DNA of 64,000 nucleotides, from the IMG/VR virus record IMGVR_UViG_3300000439_000004, positions 64,001 through 128,000 of that record; one strand, given 5' to 3'. The translations under genes were made by a program, and so were the position numbers. Source of the stretch: a virus (taxonomy: Duplodnaviria > Caudoviricetes). Positions 1-11,000 of this stretch are shown piece by piece; position 1 is the stretch's first letter; every line of letters begins with the position of its first letter. The notes below the pieces were generated by a model. The model saw only the letters and a list, made by a program, of their open reading frames with translations. It made no database searches and had not been told where the DNA came from.

Positions 1-1038
1 GGAATTTATGGTATCGTTAAAGAAAACGGTAGCTATTATATTAAACAAGGTTTAAATGAACAATCACTTGATTATATTGGTGGTATGTTTATGAAGAATA
101 AGAACAGATTTAGTTCTTATGCTGAAGCATATAAAAAACTTGAATTTTTAAGAGGTCAAGAAAATTTGCAAGAAGCAACAAAATATGTTCTAAAACAATC
201 TAAACCTCAACAAGAAGCTCCAATGGCAGCGCCATCAATGGACGCTCCACCACCTCCTCCTCCTGCACCAACAGATGCACCTCCTGCAGCACCAACTGAT
301 ACCGCACCTGATGATAGTATGGATACACCTCCATCACCTGAAACTGGTGATGAACCAACTGGTGATGAAGATAATCAAGAAAGTAAACGTTCTGACTATA
401 TGGCGGAAATACAAAAATTTTCAGGTAAACTTGGTCAAGAATTGAGAGATCAACATCAAAAAATGGAAAGTGATGATATTAAGTATGTTCTTAATATGAT
501 TATATCTGCGGTTGATTTGGATAAATTACATGATAAAGATAGAAAAAAGATTGCGAAAGAATTTGAACCAGAAGAAGAGGATGATTATAGATCAAATGAT
601 ACAACAACACCTGAAGAACCTGAAGATGATGTTCCAACTGAACCAACACCAGGTGGTGATTCAGAATTAGGTGAAGGTATTGATATGTTAGATGAATTTG
701 TCAATACACCAATAGAAACTGATGAAATTGATTTATCAAACTATGCTTTTGATGAGTTGGAAGAACAAGGTGAAGATAAAACCCATTATGATGATGAAGA
801 TGATTATGATGATTGGGAAAAAAATCCATATAGAGACGAACATGATATGTTAGGTGATAAAGAATGGGATGAAGATGAATTGGAAGACAATCCATTTATA
901 GATAATGGATCAGATGATGAGGAAGATTATCCAAATCCAGACGAAGAGGATGACATTCAAGAAATTGATTTAGATGAAATTAAAAATGAAATAAACAAAC
1001 ATATTACATCAACACTAGGGAAATACTTTAAATCATAA
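1..1038 (+). CDS. Acidic, proline-rich hypothetical protein, 5'-truncated by the window (possible head-associated protein)
   Basis: Frame is open from base 1 (GIYGIVKENG...) into ORF 85..1038; Pro-rich and Asp/Glu-rich tracts. Confidence 0.6.
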   Translation, partial: GIYGIVKENGSYYIKQGLNEQSLDYIGGMFMKNKNRFSSYAEAYKKLEFLRGQENLQEATKYVLKQSKPQQEAPMAAPSMDAPPPPPPAPTDAPPAAPTDTAPDDSMDTPPSPETGDEPTGDEDNQESKRSDYMAEIQKFSGKLGQELRDQHQKMESDDIKYVLNMIISAVDLDKLHDKDRKKIAKEFEPEEEDDYRSNDTTTPEEPEDDVPTEPTPGGDSELGEGIDMLDEFVNTPIETDEIDLSNYAFDELEEQGEDKTHYDDEDDYDDWEKNPYRDEHDMLGDKEWDEDELEDNPFIDNGSDDEEDYPNPDEEDDIQEIDLDEIKNEINKHITSTLGKYFKS

Positions 1039-1436
1039 TGAATTTATTATACATCAACCAAATTGGTTCAGATTATAAAGGTCAAAAACAATATGAGTTT
1101 ATTTTCAGTAAATCTACTGAGATTGAGGTTGAGGAATGGTTTATAGTGCCGGCATCATCTTCAAGTTATCCAATGTCTCCGGGTGTTGAATATATAGATC
1201 TTGTGGGTTTATTAAAAAATACAGATATTGACTTAGAACTTATTCAAAACTCCGATTATTTCGGAGTTATTGATGCTGTGGATGGTGTGGTATCTTTAGG
1301 TTGGGAAAAATTTGATTTTGATTCTGAATATCAAAGATTAAGTTTTAAATTTGGAGAATCTTTAGATTCAGTTACAAAAAAATTAAATTCAAGGGGACAC
1401 GAATTAATAAAAGAAGAAATAAAAATTGAAATATAA
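1038..1436 (+). CDS. Hypothetical protein
   Basis: 132-aa ORF coupled to both neighbours by TAATG overlaps. Confidence 0.7.
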   Translation: MNLLYINQIGSDYKGQKQYEFIFSKSTEIEVEEWFIVPASSSSYPMSPGVEYIDLVGLLKNTDIDLELIQNSDYFGVIDAVDGVVSLGWEKFDFDSEYQRLSFKFGESLDSVTKKLNSRGHELIKEEIKIEI

Positions 1437-2722
1437 TGAAAAGAAATGAATTAGTTGGTATCCTTATGAATGAAGGATTTTCCGAAAAGACTTTGGTTAA
1501 TTTTAGTGATAAACAACTTGTTACATTAGCAAGTAGAATACTATCAGAACAAACAACAGTCCCAACATTAAAAATACCTAAAGGTTCTCCACAAGAAAAA
1601 GATGCAATGAATAAAAAACAATCTTTTATTGCATATGAAAATGAATTAAAAGGTGGACAAAAGAAATTAGATAAGAATCATAATGGAAAAATTGATGGTC
1701 AAGATTTTAAAATTTTGAGAGGTCAGAAAAAATCTGATATAGAAGAAGTTAAAAAAAATACACCAAAAAAGAAATCAGAAACAATTTATGATAAGGCGTT
1801 AAAACATTATGGTGGTGAAAAAGGTGTATTAAAAATGTTTGATAAAGAAGCAAAAAGAATTGGAATTAAATCTAAAAGTGAAGTAAAGGAAGATGAAAAA
1901 TGGATTCAAAAGGCAATTAATCCTGCTAAGAAAGGTGCTTTGAAAAAGGCATTACATGTTCCACAAGATGAAAAAATACCAGCAAGTAAATTAAATGCCG
2001 CAGCAAAAAAAGGTGGTAAATTGGGTCAAAGAGCAAGACTTGCAAAAACATTAAGAAAACTTGATGAGTCTAATTCTGAATTAAATGCTAAACGTAATTT
2101 ACAATATGAATTAAGTGAAGCTGGTTGTTCTTCTGAAGATTTAAATACAAAGGATATTAATGAATTGGCAGATAAGTTTTCAAAAAAATCTCAAGGTGTA
2201 AAATCAGCACATGATTATTACAAGAGAGTTACTGGAAAAGATATGTCAAAAATCAACGAAAATTTGGCAATTAAGAAATGGGTTCGTACATTAGCTGAAA
2301 ATAATTATCATTCATTCACATCAAAAAAAGAAATTATGAATTTAATCAGCGAAAAAATGAACGGTGCGGAAACAATGCAACCAATGCCAGCAAAAGCAAA
2401 AAAAGGACACAATGGTATTCCTGAATTTATGACTTATGATGCAATTAAATCATCAGGTAGTCCAGCAGTTGCTCCAACGAAACCAAAAACAAAACCCGGT
2501 ACAAAACCTGCACAACCGACAAAACCAAAGAAAACCCCATTTAATCCAGGACCAAAGGAAAACCCAGGACCTTCTGCAATGAGAGAAAACAGTCCAGCAG
2601 TTGCACCAACAAAACCAAAAACAAAGCCTGTTACAAAACCTTCAACTCCAAGTAAACCGAAAAAAACTCCGTTTAACCCAGGACCAAAGGAAAATCCAGG
2701 ACCTTCTGCTCATAAGAAATAA
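1436..2722 (+). CDS. Modular basic protein, putative capsid-internal polyprotein
   Basis: Contains an EF-hand-like loop (DKNHNGKIDGQDF), a basic module (KWIQKAI...GQRARLAKTL) and a duplicated Pro/Lys C-terminal unit. Confidence 0.6.
   Translation: MKRNELVGILMNEGFSEKTLVNFSDKQLVTLASRILSEQTTVPTLKIPKGSPQEKDAMNKKQSFIAYENELKGGQKKLDKNHNGKIDGQDFKILRGQKKSDIEEVKKNTPKKKSETIYDKALKHYGGEKGVLKMFDKEAKRIGIKSKSEVKEDEKWIQKAINPAKKGALKKALHVPQDEKIPASKLNAAAKKGGKLGQRARLAKTLRKLDESNSELNAKRNLQYELSEAGCSSEDLNTKDINELADKFSKKSQGVKSAHDYYKRVTGKDMSKINENLAIKKWVRTLAENNYHSFTSKKEIMNLISEKMNGAETMQPMPAKAKKGHNGIPEFMTYDAIKSSGSPAVAPTKPKTKPGTKPAQPTKPKKTPFNPGPKENPGPSAMRENSPAVAPTKPKTKPVTKPSTPSKPKKTPFNPGPKENPGPSAHKK
2458..2710 (+). repeat. 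Two-copy ~43-codon intragenic repeat (SPAVAPTKPKTKP...PFNPGPKENPGPSA)
   Basis: Visible in both protein and DNA. Confidence 0.85.
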
Positions 2723-2747
2723 TGATAAAAAAAATATTTTTAGTAAA

Positions 2748-4196
2748 ATGCACATAACTAAACAAAACTTACTATCTTTGCTGAAACAAAATTTAAATGA
2801 AATGGCAATGGACTTCGATTCGGCGGATAGACCACATAGTGATATTACCCGTACATTATCAACTGGTAATACACCAATAAAGAAAGTACCTCTACCAAAA
2901 ACCGGTAGAGAACCAAATCAAAACTTCCAAGAGTTATTAGCATCAGAACGTTATAAAGAAGTAATTAGTAATGTTAGACGTTATACTGGTATTCAAGATA
3001 CCCTTGGGTCTAATCCTAATATGAGACTAATGCGTATGATGATGGATGCTCATAATCAGATTATTCGTATTGAAAGGGATCATAAACAAGAACTTACACA
3101 ATTAGCAATTGATATTGTTAAAGAAGAAATGGGTATTGGTGAAGATGACGTTAATTTTGATGTTAAATTAGTTAACAACCAAGAAATCAATACAAATGAT
3201 TTTGAAAGGGGTCAACCAAATGAAACAAATCCAGAGGAACTAAATCCAGATGAATATGATGATGAAGAAGAAGATGATGAAGATCAACCTCAACAACCTC
3301 AACAACAAGGTAATAGAGAAGAAGAACAAATTTTCTTTAGTCTTGAAAGATTAAATATTGAAAGAGCTAGACAAAGATTATTAAATGCTATTATGCAAGG
3401 TGCATCTAAAAGAGGTCATTATTTATATCATACCGTTGAAGAAAGATTAAGACAAATTACTGGTTCAGATCAACTTATTAATCTTTATGGTATAATGATG
3501 TCAATTAATGATACAAATTATTGGCAGTTTGGTGATAATACAATATCAGATTTTCAAAGTTCTGTAGCAGGAACTGCAGATGTTATTATGCCAAGACCTG
3601 ATAATGATGAAGAAGGTGAAGAAGGTGAAGAGGGAGAAGAAGGTGAACAACATGACCCATCTAAACCAACAATTATTGTAAGAGGTGTTAATTTTCCGGT
3701 ATTGGTTCATGAATTAATTAAAGGTGCATTAAAAGTACTTACAGCACATGGTCAACCTGATTATGATAAACATCCAGAAGAAAGAGAATTATATAGACAG
3801 GTTAAAAAACATGAAAATACTTTAGAAAAAGAAATATGGGATTTGAGATTAGGACCATCAATATGGGCTAGATTAAGAGATTCTTTTCCTGATGAAGTTT
3901 TAGAAGAAAATAATAAAGATTTACAGAATTATTTATTAATGAATATCTTCTCACTTCCAGCAAAGAAATTCTTAGTGTTTATGAAAGAAGTCATATCTGG
4001 TTCAGATAGTGGAAAACGTTTAATCTCAACGATGGTAGAATCTATCAAACAAATGTTTAGAGATGAAGATTACCAATCCGCAATTGAAGGTTTTAATGAT
4101 GATTTAGATGATATTAGTGATGATACAGATGATGAAGATTTAGGTGACTTTTTAGGTGGTTTAGGAATATCTTTATCAGATGATGATGAAGATTAA
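2748..4196 (+). CDS. Hypothetical acidic protein upstream of terminase
   Basis: ORF 2601..4196; likely start ATG 2748 (MHITKQNLL), after the stop of the previous gene. Confidence 0.65.
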   Translation: MHITKQNLLSLLKQNLNEMAMDFDSADRPHSDITRTLSTGNTPIKKVPLPKTGREPNQNFQELLASERYKEVISNVRRYTGIQDTLGSNPNMRLMRMMMDAHNQIIRIERDHKQELTQLAIDIVKEEMGIGEDDVNFDVKLVNNQEINTNDFERGQPNETNPEELNPDEYDDEEEDDEDQPQQPQQQGNREEEQIFFSLERLNIERARQRLLNAIMQGASKRGHYLYHTVEERLRQITGSDQLINLYGIMMSINDTNYWQFGDNTISDFQSSVAGTADVIMPRPDNDEEGEEGEEGEEGEQHDPSKPTIIVRGVNFPVLVHELIKGALKVLTAHGQPDYDKHPEERELYRQVKKHENTLEKEIWDLRLGPSIWARLRDSFPDEVLEENNKDLQNYLLMNIFSLPAKKFLVFMKEVISGSDSGKRLISTMVESIKQMFRDEDYQSAIEGFNDDLDDISDDTDDEDLGDFLGGLGISLSDDDED

Positions 4197-4217
4197 ATTA
4201 AAAAATAGATGGATATT

Positions 4218-4249
4218 AAAAGGTGGTAATTTTTTACCACCTTTTTTTT
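4218..4249 (+). terminator. Intrinsic terminator
   Basis: AAAAGGTGGTAA/TTACCACCTTTT stem followed by a T run. Confidence 0.8.
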
Positions 4250-4261
4250 GTATTTATCTAT

Positions 4262-6604
4262 ATGAATAGTAAAATAGAACAATTAAAGGAGTATGCTAGA
4301 ATAATTAAAGATACCCCTTACGCATTAAGAACATATCTTCAGACATATGATAACACGCAAAAGAAATATGTACCAATGGATTTGTTTCAGGATCAAATCC
4401 AATTGATAGAAGATTATGAAAATTACAACGAAAATATTACGAGAAAATATCGTCAGGCTGGGGTTACTACTGTAACTGCGGCATGGTTATCTAAAAAACT
4501 ACAATTAGCAAAACCTGAAAACCCTGAAAGAGTTCTTCTTATTGCAAATAAACGTGATACTGCCGTGGAAATGGCAAATAAGATAAGAAACTTTTTAGAC
4601 CAATGGCCATCATGGATAAATGTTGGTTTTTCACCTGATAAGAATTCTGAAAGTAGATTTAAATTAAATAATGGTTGTGAGGTTAAAGCGGTTGCAACAT
4701 CTCCCGATGCGTTACGTGGTTATACACCAACAATACTTGTATTTGATGAGGCTGCGTATATTGAAGCCGGTGAGGACTTTTGGTCAGCATCAATGGCATC
4801 CCTTTCAACAGGTGGTAAGATTATATTAATATCTTGTGTTACAAAAGATACATATGTTTTTACAAAAAATGGTTTAGAACAAGTGTCCGATTTTATAGAC
4901 GAAAATAAAACTATTGGTGATGGTTATATTGTTGATGATTATGAAATATTAGGAAAAGATAAAGTACGAAAATCTAACTTAATGTTAAATAACGGTAAAC
5001 AAAAAACATTAAAAATACATACTGTTAATTCAATTTTAGAAGGTACTGAAACACATAAAGTATGGGGTTTTTCTAATGAATTAAATAAATATGATTGGTA
5101 TAAATTATCCGAATTAAAAATTAACGATTATATCAATGTAAATTTTGGTATGAACATGTGGGGTAATCAAGATGAAATTAATTTTGAATATGATCCATCA
5201 AATAAAGAACATAATATTTTTAATCCGGGTAATAAAATAACAAAAGAATTATCATATTTTTTAGGATTATTTATTGCTGAGGGTTCAACATATAAAAAAT
5301 TAGATGAGAATGGTAAACATATTGGGAGTTCGATTACAATTACTTGTGGTGATGATATAAGTGAATATATTAAATCAATAGGTTTAACCTTTTCATCCCA
5401 CGATAATTTACACTATACCATTGGATCAAAAAGTTTTTATAGTTTTTTAGAATATATTGGATTTGATTTAAATTTAAAAGCAAATCAAAAAATTATTCCA
5501 AAAAGATTATTAAAGATGAGTAAAGAAAATATAAAATTTTTAATAAGAGGGATATATGATGGTGACGGTTATGTTGATAAAATTAGAGGTAGGGTTGGAA
5601 TTGGCTTATCGTCTGCGGAATTGATAAACCAATTACGTATGTTACTTATTAATTTTGGTATTTTAACTGATTTTAATATTATGAATACAAAACCAACCAA
5701 AAAAGTAAAAGTATTTTCTGTTAATTATAGAATTGTTTCAGATTCGATTAACTCCAAAATATTCTTTGATGAAATTGGTTTTAATTTTGAACGTAAATCA
5801 AAATATTATTTTTTACACGAAAATAAAGATATTAATTATAATAACCCAAAAGATATTATTCCAAATGGTTCTAAATTAATAAAAGAAATTTTAGTTAAAA
5901 ACAATTTAAAAAGAAAAAATTTAGATAAAAAATTTAAAAAAATTTATGATGATAATTTAAGAAAAAAAAATATTTCAAGAAAAACATTTAAAGATTTTAT
6001 TGATTATTTTATTTTAAATAATTATGTGGTTAATGATATTGATAAAATTTATTTTGAAAATTCAAAATGGGTATCAATAAAAAAAATAGAAGAGAATGAA
6101 AACGAAACCTATGATTTTTCTTTATATAATGATGATTCTGATTTTTGGTGTCATTCTATCATTTATAATGGTATTTTAGGTCACCAAACACCAAATGGTT
6201 ATGACCCAATATATTATGGTGTTTATGACCAAGCAATTCGTAAAATAAATGATTTCCATATTACCGATTTAAGATGGTTTAAAGATCCTCGTTATACAAA
6301 AGATTTAAGATGGGTTAAATGTACTGATATTGTTCATTATATGTTAAATCGTGAATTATATAATGATGATGAAATTGTTTTATATGATTATGATATTGAA
6401 AAATATGTTGAATATATTGAGGATGGATATAAACCATTTTCAAGTTGGTTTGAATCAATGTCAAAGAAGTTCAAATATGACAAAAGAAAGATTGCACAGG
6501 AGTTGGAGTGCTTATCAAAAAACACAATTATAACCGTTAAAGATAAACAAACAGGAGAAATAAAAAAAATGAAAATTGGTGAACTTTATAATGAATTAAA
6601 ATAA
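4262..6604 (+). CDS. terL: Terminase large subunit, N-terminal (ATPase) part, with one contiguous intein and ending in a split-intein N fragment
   Basis: KYRQAGVTT (Walker A), ILVFDEAAY (Walker B), S|TPNG coupling motif; likely start ATG 4262. Confidence 0.92.
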   Translation: MNSKIEQLKEYARIIKDTPYALRTYLQTYDNTQKKYVPMDLFQDQIQLIEDYENYNENITRKYRQAGVTTVTAAWLSKKLQLAKPENPERVLLIANKRDTAVEMANKIRNFLDQWPSWINVGFSPDKNSESRFKLNNGCEVKAVATSPDALRGYTPTILVFDEAAYIEAGEDFWSASMASLSTGGKIILISCVTKDTYVFTKNGLEQVSDFIDENKTIGDGYIVDDYEILGKDKVRKSNLMLNNGKQKTLKIHTVNSILEGTETHKVWGFSNELNKYDWYKLSELKINDYINVNFGMNMWGNQDEINFEYDPSNKEHNIFNPGNKITKELSYFLGLFIAEGSTYKKLDENGKHIGSSITITCGDDISEYIKSIGLTFSSHDNLHYTIGSKSFYSFLEYIGFDLNLKANQKIIPKRLLKMSKENIKFLIRGIYDGDGYVDKIRGRVGIGLSSAELINQLRMLLINFGILTDFNIMNTKPTKKVKVFSVNYRIVSDSINSKIFFDEIGFNFERKSKYYFLHENKDINYNNPKDIIPNGSKLIKEILVKNNLKRKNLDKKFKKIYDDNLRKKNISRKTFKDFIDYFILNNYVVNDIDKIYFENSKWVSIKKIEENENETYDFSLYNDDSDFWCHSIIYNGILGHQTPNGYDPIYYGVYDQAIRKINDFHITDLRWFKDPRYTKDLRWVKCTDIVHYMLNRELYNDDEIVLYDYDIEKYVEYIEDGYKPFSSWFESMSKKFKYDKRKIAQELECLSKNTIITVKDKQTGEIKKMKIGELYNELK
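4835..6187 (+). mobile_element. Intein with LAGLIDADG endonuclease in TerL (451 aa, ends His-Gln)
   Basis: IILIS|CVTKDT...GTETH...LGLFIAEG...IRGIYDGDG...GILGHQ|TPNG. Confidence 0.92.
6509..6601 (+). mobile_element. Atypically split intein, N fragment (31 aa)
   Basis: AQELE|CLSKNTIITVKDKQTGEIKKMKIGELYNELK-stop; block A only. Confidence 0.88.
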
Positions 6605-6792
6605 TTGAATTTGATGGGATTTATTGGCATAGAAATTCAAAAGAAAAAGATGAAATAAGAGATGTAACCTATAAAAATTTAGGATATCAGATATTAATCA
6701 TAAGTGAAAATGATTTAATAGATAAAAAAAATAAAATTAGTGATGAATTAATTAGTAAATGTGTAAATTTTATAAAAAATGAAAATAAATAA
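6595..6792 (+). pseudogene. Start-less relic of a Vsr/DUF559-like homing endonuclease between the split-intein halves
   Basis: Hand translation: IKIIEFDGIYWHRNSKEKDEIRDVTYKNLGYQILIISENDL...ENK*; frame closed upstream by TGA 6592. Confidence 0.8.
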
Positions 6793-7102
6793 TAAATACG
6801 AAATATTAACACCAAATGGTTTTGAAGATTTTGATGGTGTACAAAAATTAAAAAAGAAAACGATTGAAATATTTTTTAATAATGATTTAAATCTTAGAGG
6901 ATCATTTAATCATCAAATATATGATTATGATGGAAAACCAATTAAATTATCAAACATAAAAATTGGTGATAAAATCAAATCACATAATGGATTTTTAATA
7001 GTAAAAGACGTAAAGAAACATTATAATAAAACAAATGTTTTTGATATTATTAATTCAGGTAAAGACCATCTTTTTTATTCAAATGATATTATTTCACATA
7101 AT
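6779..7102 (+). mobile_element. Atypically split intein, C fragment (108 aa)
   Basis: ILTPNGF, block B SFNH, block F VFDI, block G SHN followed by Cys+1. Confidence 0.88.
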
Positions 7103-7978
7103 TGTGATTTCTTAGGTTCAGGTGATGGTGTGATTTCTAGTGATATTCAAGAGAATATTAGAAAAAACATGATTAGAGTACCAAATGAAAAATATATGAC
7201 AGGTACTTTATGGCAATGGAAAGAACCAATTGAAGGTCATAGATATATAATGGGTGTGGATGTTAGTAGTGGTCAAAGTGATGACTTTTCATCATTTAAT
7301 ATTATTGATTTTGATGATAGAGAACAAGTAATGGAATATATCGGTAAAATACCACCAGATGATTTGGCATCAGTAGTATATAAATGGGCAATATTATATA
7401 ATGCATTTATTGTTGTTGATATTACAGGTGGATGGGGTGGTGGAACTTCCAAAAAACTTAAAGATATGAATTATAAAAACTTATATTATGAGGGTGTAAA
7501 CACTCAGAATATTTGGGATTATAATGCAAAGGCAATGGAAAAATTACCGGGTATTAATTTCAATAATAAACGTGTTCAAATTGTATCTGCATTTGAAGAA
7601 CAATTAAGAAAAGGATTTATTGTAAGGTCATCAAGATTATTAAATGAACTGAATACATTTGTTTATATGAATGGTAGACCTGATCATATGAAAGGTGCAC
7701 ATGATGATGCAATTATGAGTATGTCAATTGCAATGTATGCTGGTGATATTTGTTTTAACCAATTACAAAGAACTGAACAAGTTAATAAGGCTATGATGGA
7801 ATCATGGACAATGAGTGAAAGAACATATGAACCACAAAGATCATTATATTCTTATGGTGGTTCTTTTGATCAAATTAGTGGTATGTATATGGATAATTCA
7901 CAATATGGTAATGGTTTTAATTCACCAACATTAGACCAATATAAGGAAAACGCATGGTTATTTGGTAAACAAAGATAA
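6779..7978 (+). CDS. terL: Terminase large subunit, C-terminal nuclease part, preceded by a split-intein C fragment
   Basis: IntC ends DIISHN|CDFLGSG; RNase H-like motifs YIMGVDVS and HDDAIMS. Confidence 0.9.
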   Translation: MKINNKYEILTPNGFEDFDGVQKLKKKTIEIFFNNDLNLRGSFNHQIYDYDGKPIKLSNIKIGDKIKSHNGFLIVKDVKKHYNKTNVFDIINSGKDHLFYSNDIISHNCDFLGSGDGVISSDIQENIRKNMIRVPNEKYMTGTLWQWKEPIEGHRYIMGVDVSSGQSDDFSSFNIIDFDDREQVMEYIGKIPPDDLASVVYKWAILYNAFIVVDITGGWGGGTSKKLKDMNYKNLYYEGVNTQNIWDYNAKAMEKLPGINFNNKRVQIVSAFEEQLRKGFIVRSSRLLNELNTFVYMNGRPDHMKGAHDDAIMSMSIAMYAGDICFNQLQRTEQVNKAMMESWTMSERTYEPQRSLYSYGGSFDQISGMYMDNSQYGNGFNSPTLDQYKENAWLFGKQR

Positions 7979-8031
7979 ACCTTTATTAATCATTAAAAAA
8001 GATTTATATTAATAGAAAAGTATTTATATAT

Positions 8032-11000
8032 ATGGCAGAACAAAATAACATGACAGTATTTCAGAAATTAACTAGAATGTTTGGTTATCCCGGTCAAACT
8101 AAATCAGACGAGAAACCGGTATCACCTTCGTTTAATTTCTCAAAAGATGAATTATTAAAAACAAATAGTAGGGAAGAATTTGAAACGGCATTATTACAAT
8201 CACAACAAAGTAATTATATTGCCGATAAATGGTCAAAATTAGATCAATCAATTTATAATCAATCAATCTATTATGAACCAAATAGAATATCTGCATATTA
8301 TGATTACGAATCTATGGAATTTTGTTTGGCTGGTGATACAAAAATTGCAACTCCAAACGGTTTTATAACAATTAAGGAATTATCGGATATGGGTAAAGAT
8401 CATGAATTTATTGTTTATTCATATGACCATAATTTAAAAAAAGTTGTACCTGCATGGGCACGAAATGCTCATCATACAAGAGATGAAATGACATATAAAG
8501 TTATTTTTGATGATGGGACACATATTATTGGTACATATGATCATAGACTTATGAAAAGAGATGGTTCATTTAGTAGAATTTCTGAATTAAAACCTGGAGA
8601 TTCTATGATGCCATTTTATAGAAAATCTTTTTATAATAATAAAAAATATAATTGGGTTTATGTATGTAATTCAAATGAGGGTCATAATGGGTGGATTTCT
8701 GAACATAATTTAATTGCTGAATGGTTTTATGAAAGAAAAATAGAAAAAACTGAAGAAGTTCATCATTTAGATTTTAATGGTAAAAATAATTTACCTGAAA
8801 ATTTAAAAATTATGGATATTAATGAACATCGCTCATATCATGCAAAATTAAATAATGAAAAATTATGGTCAAATCCAGATTTTAGACAAAAAATGTCTGA
8901 AGTTGCCAAAAGAAAAGGTAAATTAAGTTGGAATGGAAAAAGAAGTGGTAAAAATAATCCCGCTTATTTTCATATGCCTTTTGATTTGATAACAGAAACC
9001 GCTAAAAAATGTAAAACATTAAAAGGAACGTCAAAAGCATTAAATATTGCACATACAAAATTACAGAGAGAAATAATGTGGGCTGGATATAAGGATTGGT
9101 CAACATTTTGTGACGCTTATGGTATTGAAAAATCAAAATATTCAACAGCAAAGGTAAAAGGAGATAATTATGTTTTAAATCATAAAGTAGTTTCGATTGA
9201 GCAGTATAAGATTATTCCGGTATATGATTTAACTGTTCCAGGGTATAAAAATTTTGCAACTGATACTATTTTTTCACATAATACGCCAGAAATATCTGCA
9301 GCGTTAGACATATATGCAGAGGAATCTACAACAATGTCTGAAAAAGGTGAAATTCTTACAATTTATTCCGAATCAAAAAGAGTTAAACATATACTTGAGG
9401 ATTTATTTAATACAAGATTAGATATTAATACAAACCTACAAATGTGGGCAAGGGGATTGTGTAAATATGGAGATGATTTTGTTTACTTAAAAATAGACCC
9501 TGAAAAAGGAATTGTGGGTTGTCAACAATTACCAAACGTTGAAATAGAAAGAGTTGAGGGGGCTTCATCTAAATCCCCACAACAAATGGATAATAGGGTA
9601 CCAACTAGAGAACTAAGATTTATGTGGAAAAATAAAGATTTAGAGTTTCAATCGTGGGAAATTGGTCATTTTAGATTATTAGGCGATGATAGAAAATTAC
9701 CATATGGTACTTGTTTAAAGTATAATACTAGAATTGAAACTGAAAATGGTTATTCTGAAATACAAAATATAAAAATCGGTGATTTGGTTTGGTCATTCGA
9801 CACTATTACACAAACGAAAGTTTTATCAAAAGTATTAGATACAGTAAATTCTGGTATTAAAAAAACATATAAAATTTCAACTAAAAATAATTTTATTGAT
9901 GTTTCTAAAGAACATAAGGTATTATATTATAACACTAATAGTAAAAATTTTGAATATAAAAACACCTTAGAATTTAAAATTGGTGATTTATTGGTGATTA
10001 ATAAGACAAACAAATATAACGTTAATACAATAATAGATAAAACAAAACCAATAAATAACAATAATGGGTATTGGAATAATATAGATTGTGTACCAAATGT
10101 TGTGACTCCTGAATTTGCAGAACTATTTGGTTATTTAATAGGAGATGGTTGGATAAGTAATAATGCTGTTTATATTGCTCTTTCCGAACACAAAACAATT
10201 AATGAAAAATATGTTAAATATTTGGAAGATTTTAGTGGAAAATCAATTAAATTTCATGGTGGTGAAAATAACACTTCTCAAGGTGTTTGTAATTCTAAAA
10301 TGTTGAAAGAAATTTTAATACAATTAGGATTTTCAGGTAAGTTTAACGAAAAAAGAATACCAAAATGGGTTTATTCATCGTCATATGATGTTCGTAAATC
10401 ATTACTTAATGGTATTATTGATTCTGATGGTAGTTTGTTTATTGATAAATGGAATTGTTTACGTTATAATATTGAACTTTCAAATGAAGAATTAATATAT
10501 GATATTAAAATTTTGGTACAATCGTTAGGTTATAAAAGTGGTAAAATATCATCAAGATTACGTAATGGTGGTAAAATTGGTGATAGAATGTTCAAAACTC
10601 AAAGTGAATCGTTTTATTTTTATTTTTATGAATCAATATTATCACAAAAAAAGAAATACGATATACAAAATAGATTAAATGATGATTTTATTATTGAACC
10701 AATCGTTTCAATTGAAGATTCTGGCGAACATGAGACATATGATATTTTTGTTGAAAACAATAACCATAATTTTTATGCAAACGGGATTGTTGTTCATAAT
10801 TCAATGTTAGATAAAATTAGAAGAATTTGGAAACAACTTTTATTAGCGGAAGATGCTATGTTAATTTATAGAACATCTAGAGCACCTGAAAGACGTGTAT
10901 TTAAAATATTTGTAGGTAATATGGATGATAAAGATATTGAACCATATGTACAACGTGTTGCAAATAAATTTAAAAGACAACCTATTTCCGATCCAACAAA

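Noticed and set aside
3700-3730. Zinc metalloprotease motif in ORF 2748..4196
   Set aside because: Sequence is HELIK, not HExxH; insufficient support
6602-6778. Single sequencing error or readthrough joining the TerL halves
   Set aside because: More than one in-frame stop, an endonuclease relic in another frame, and complementary intein halves on each side
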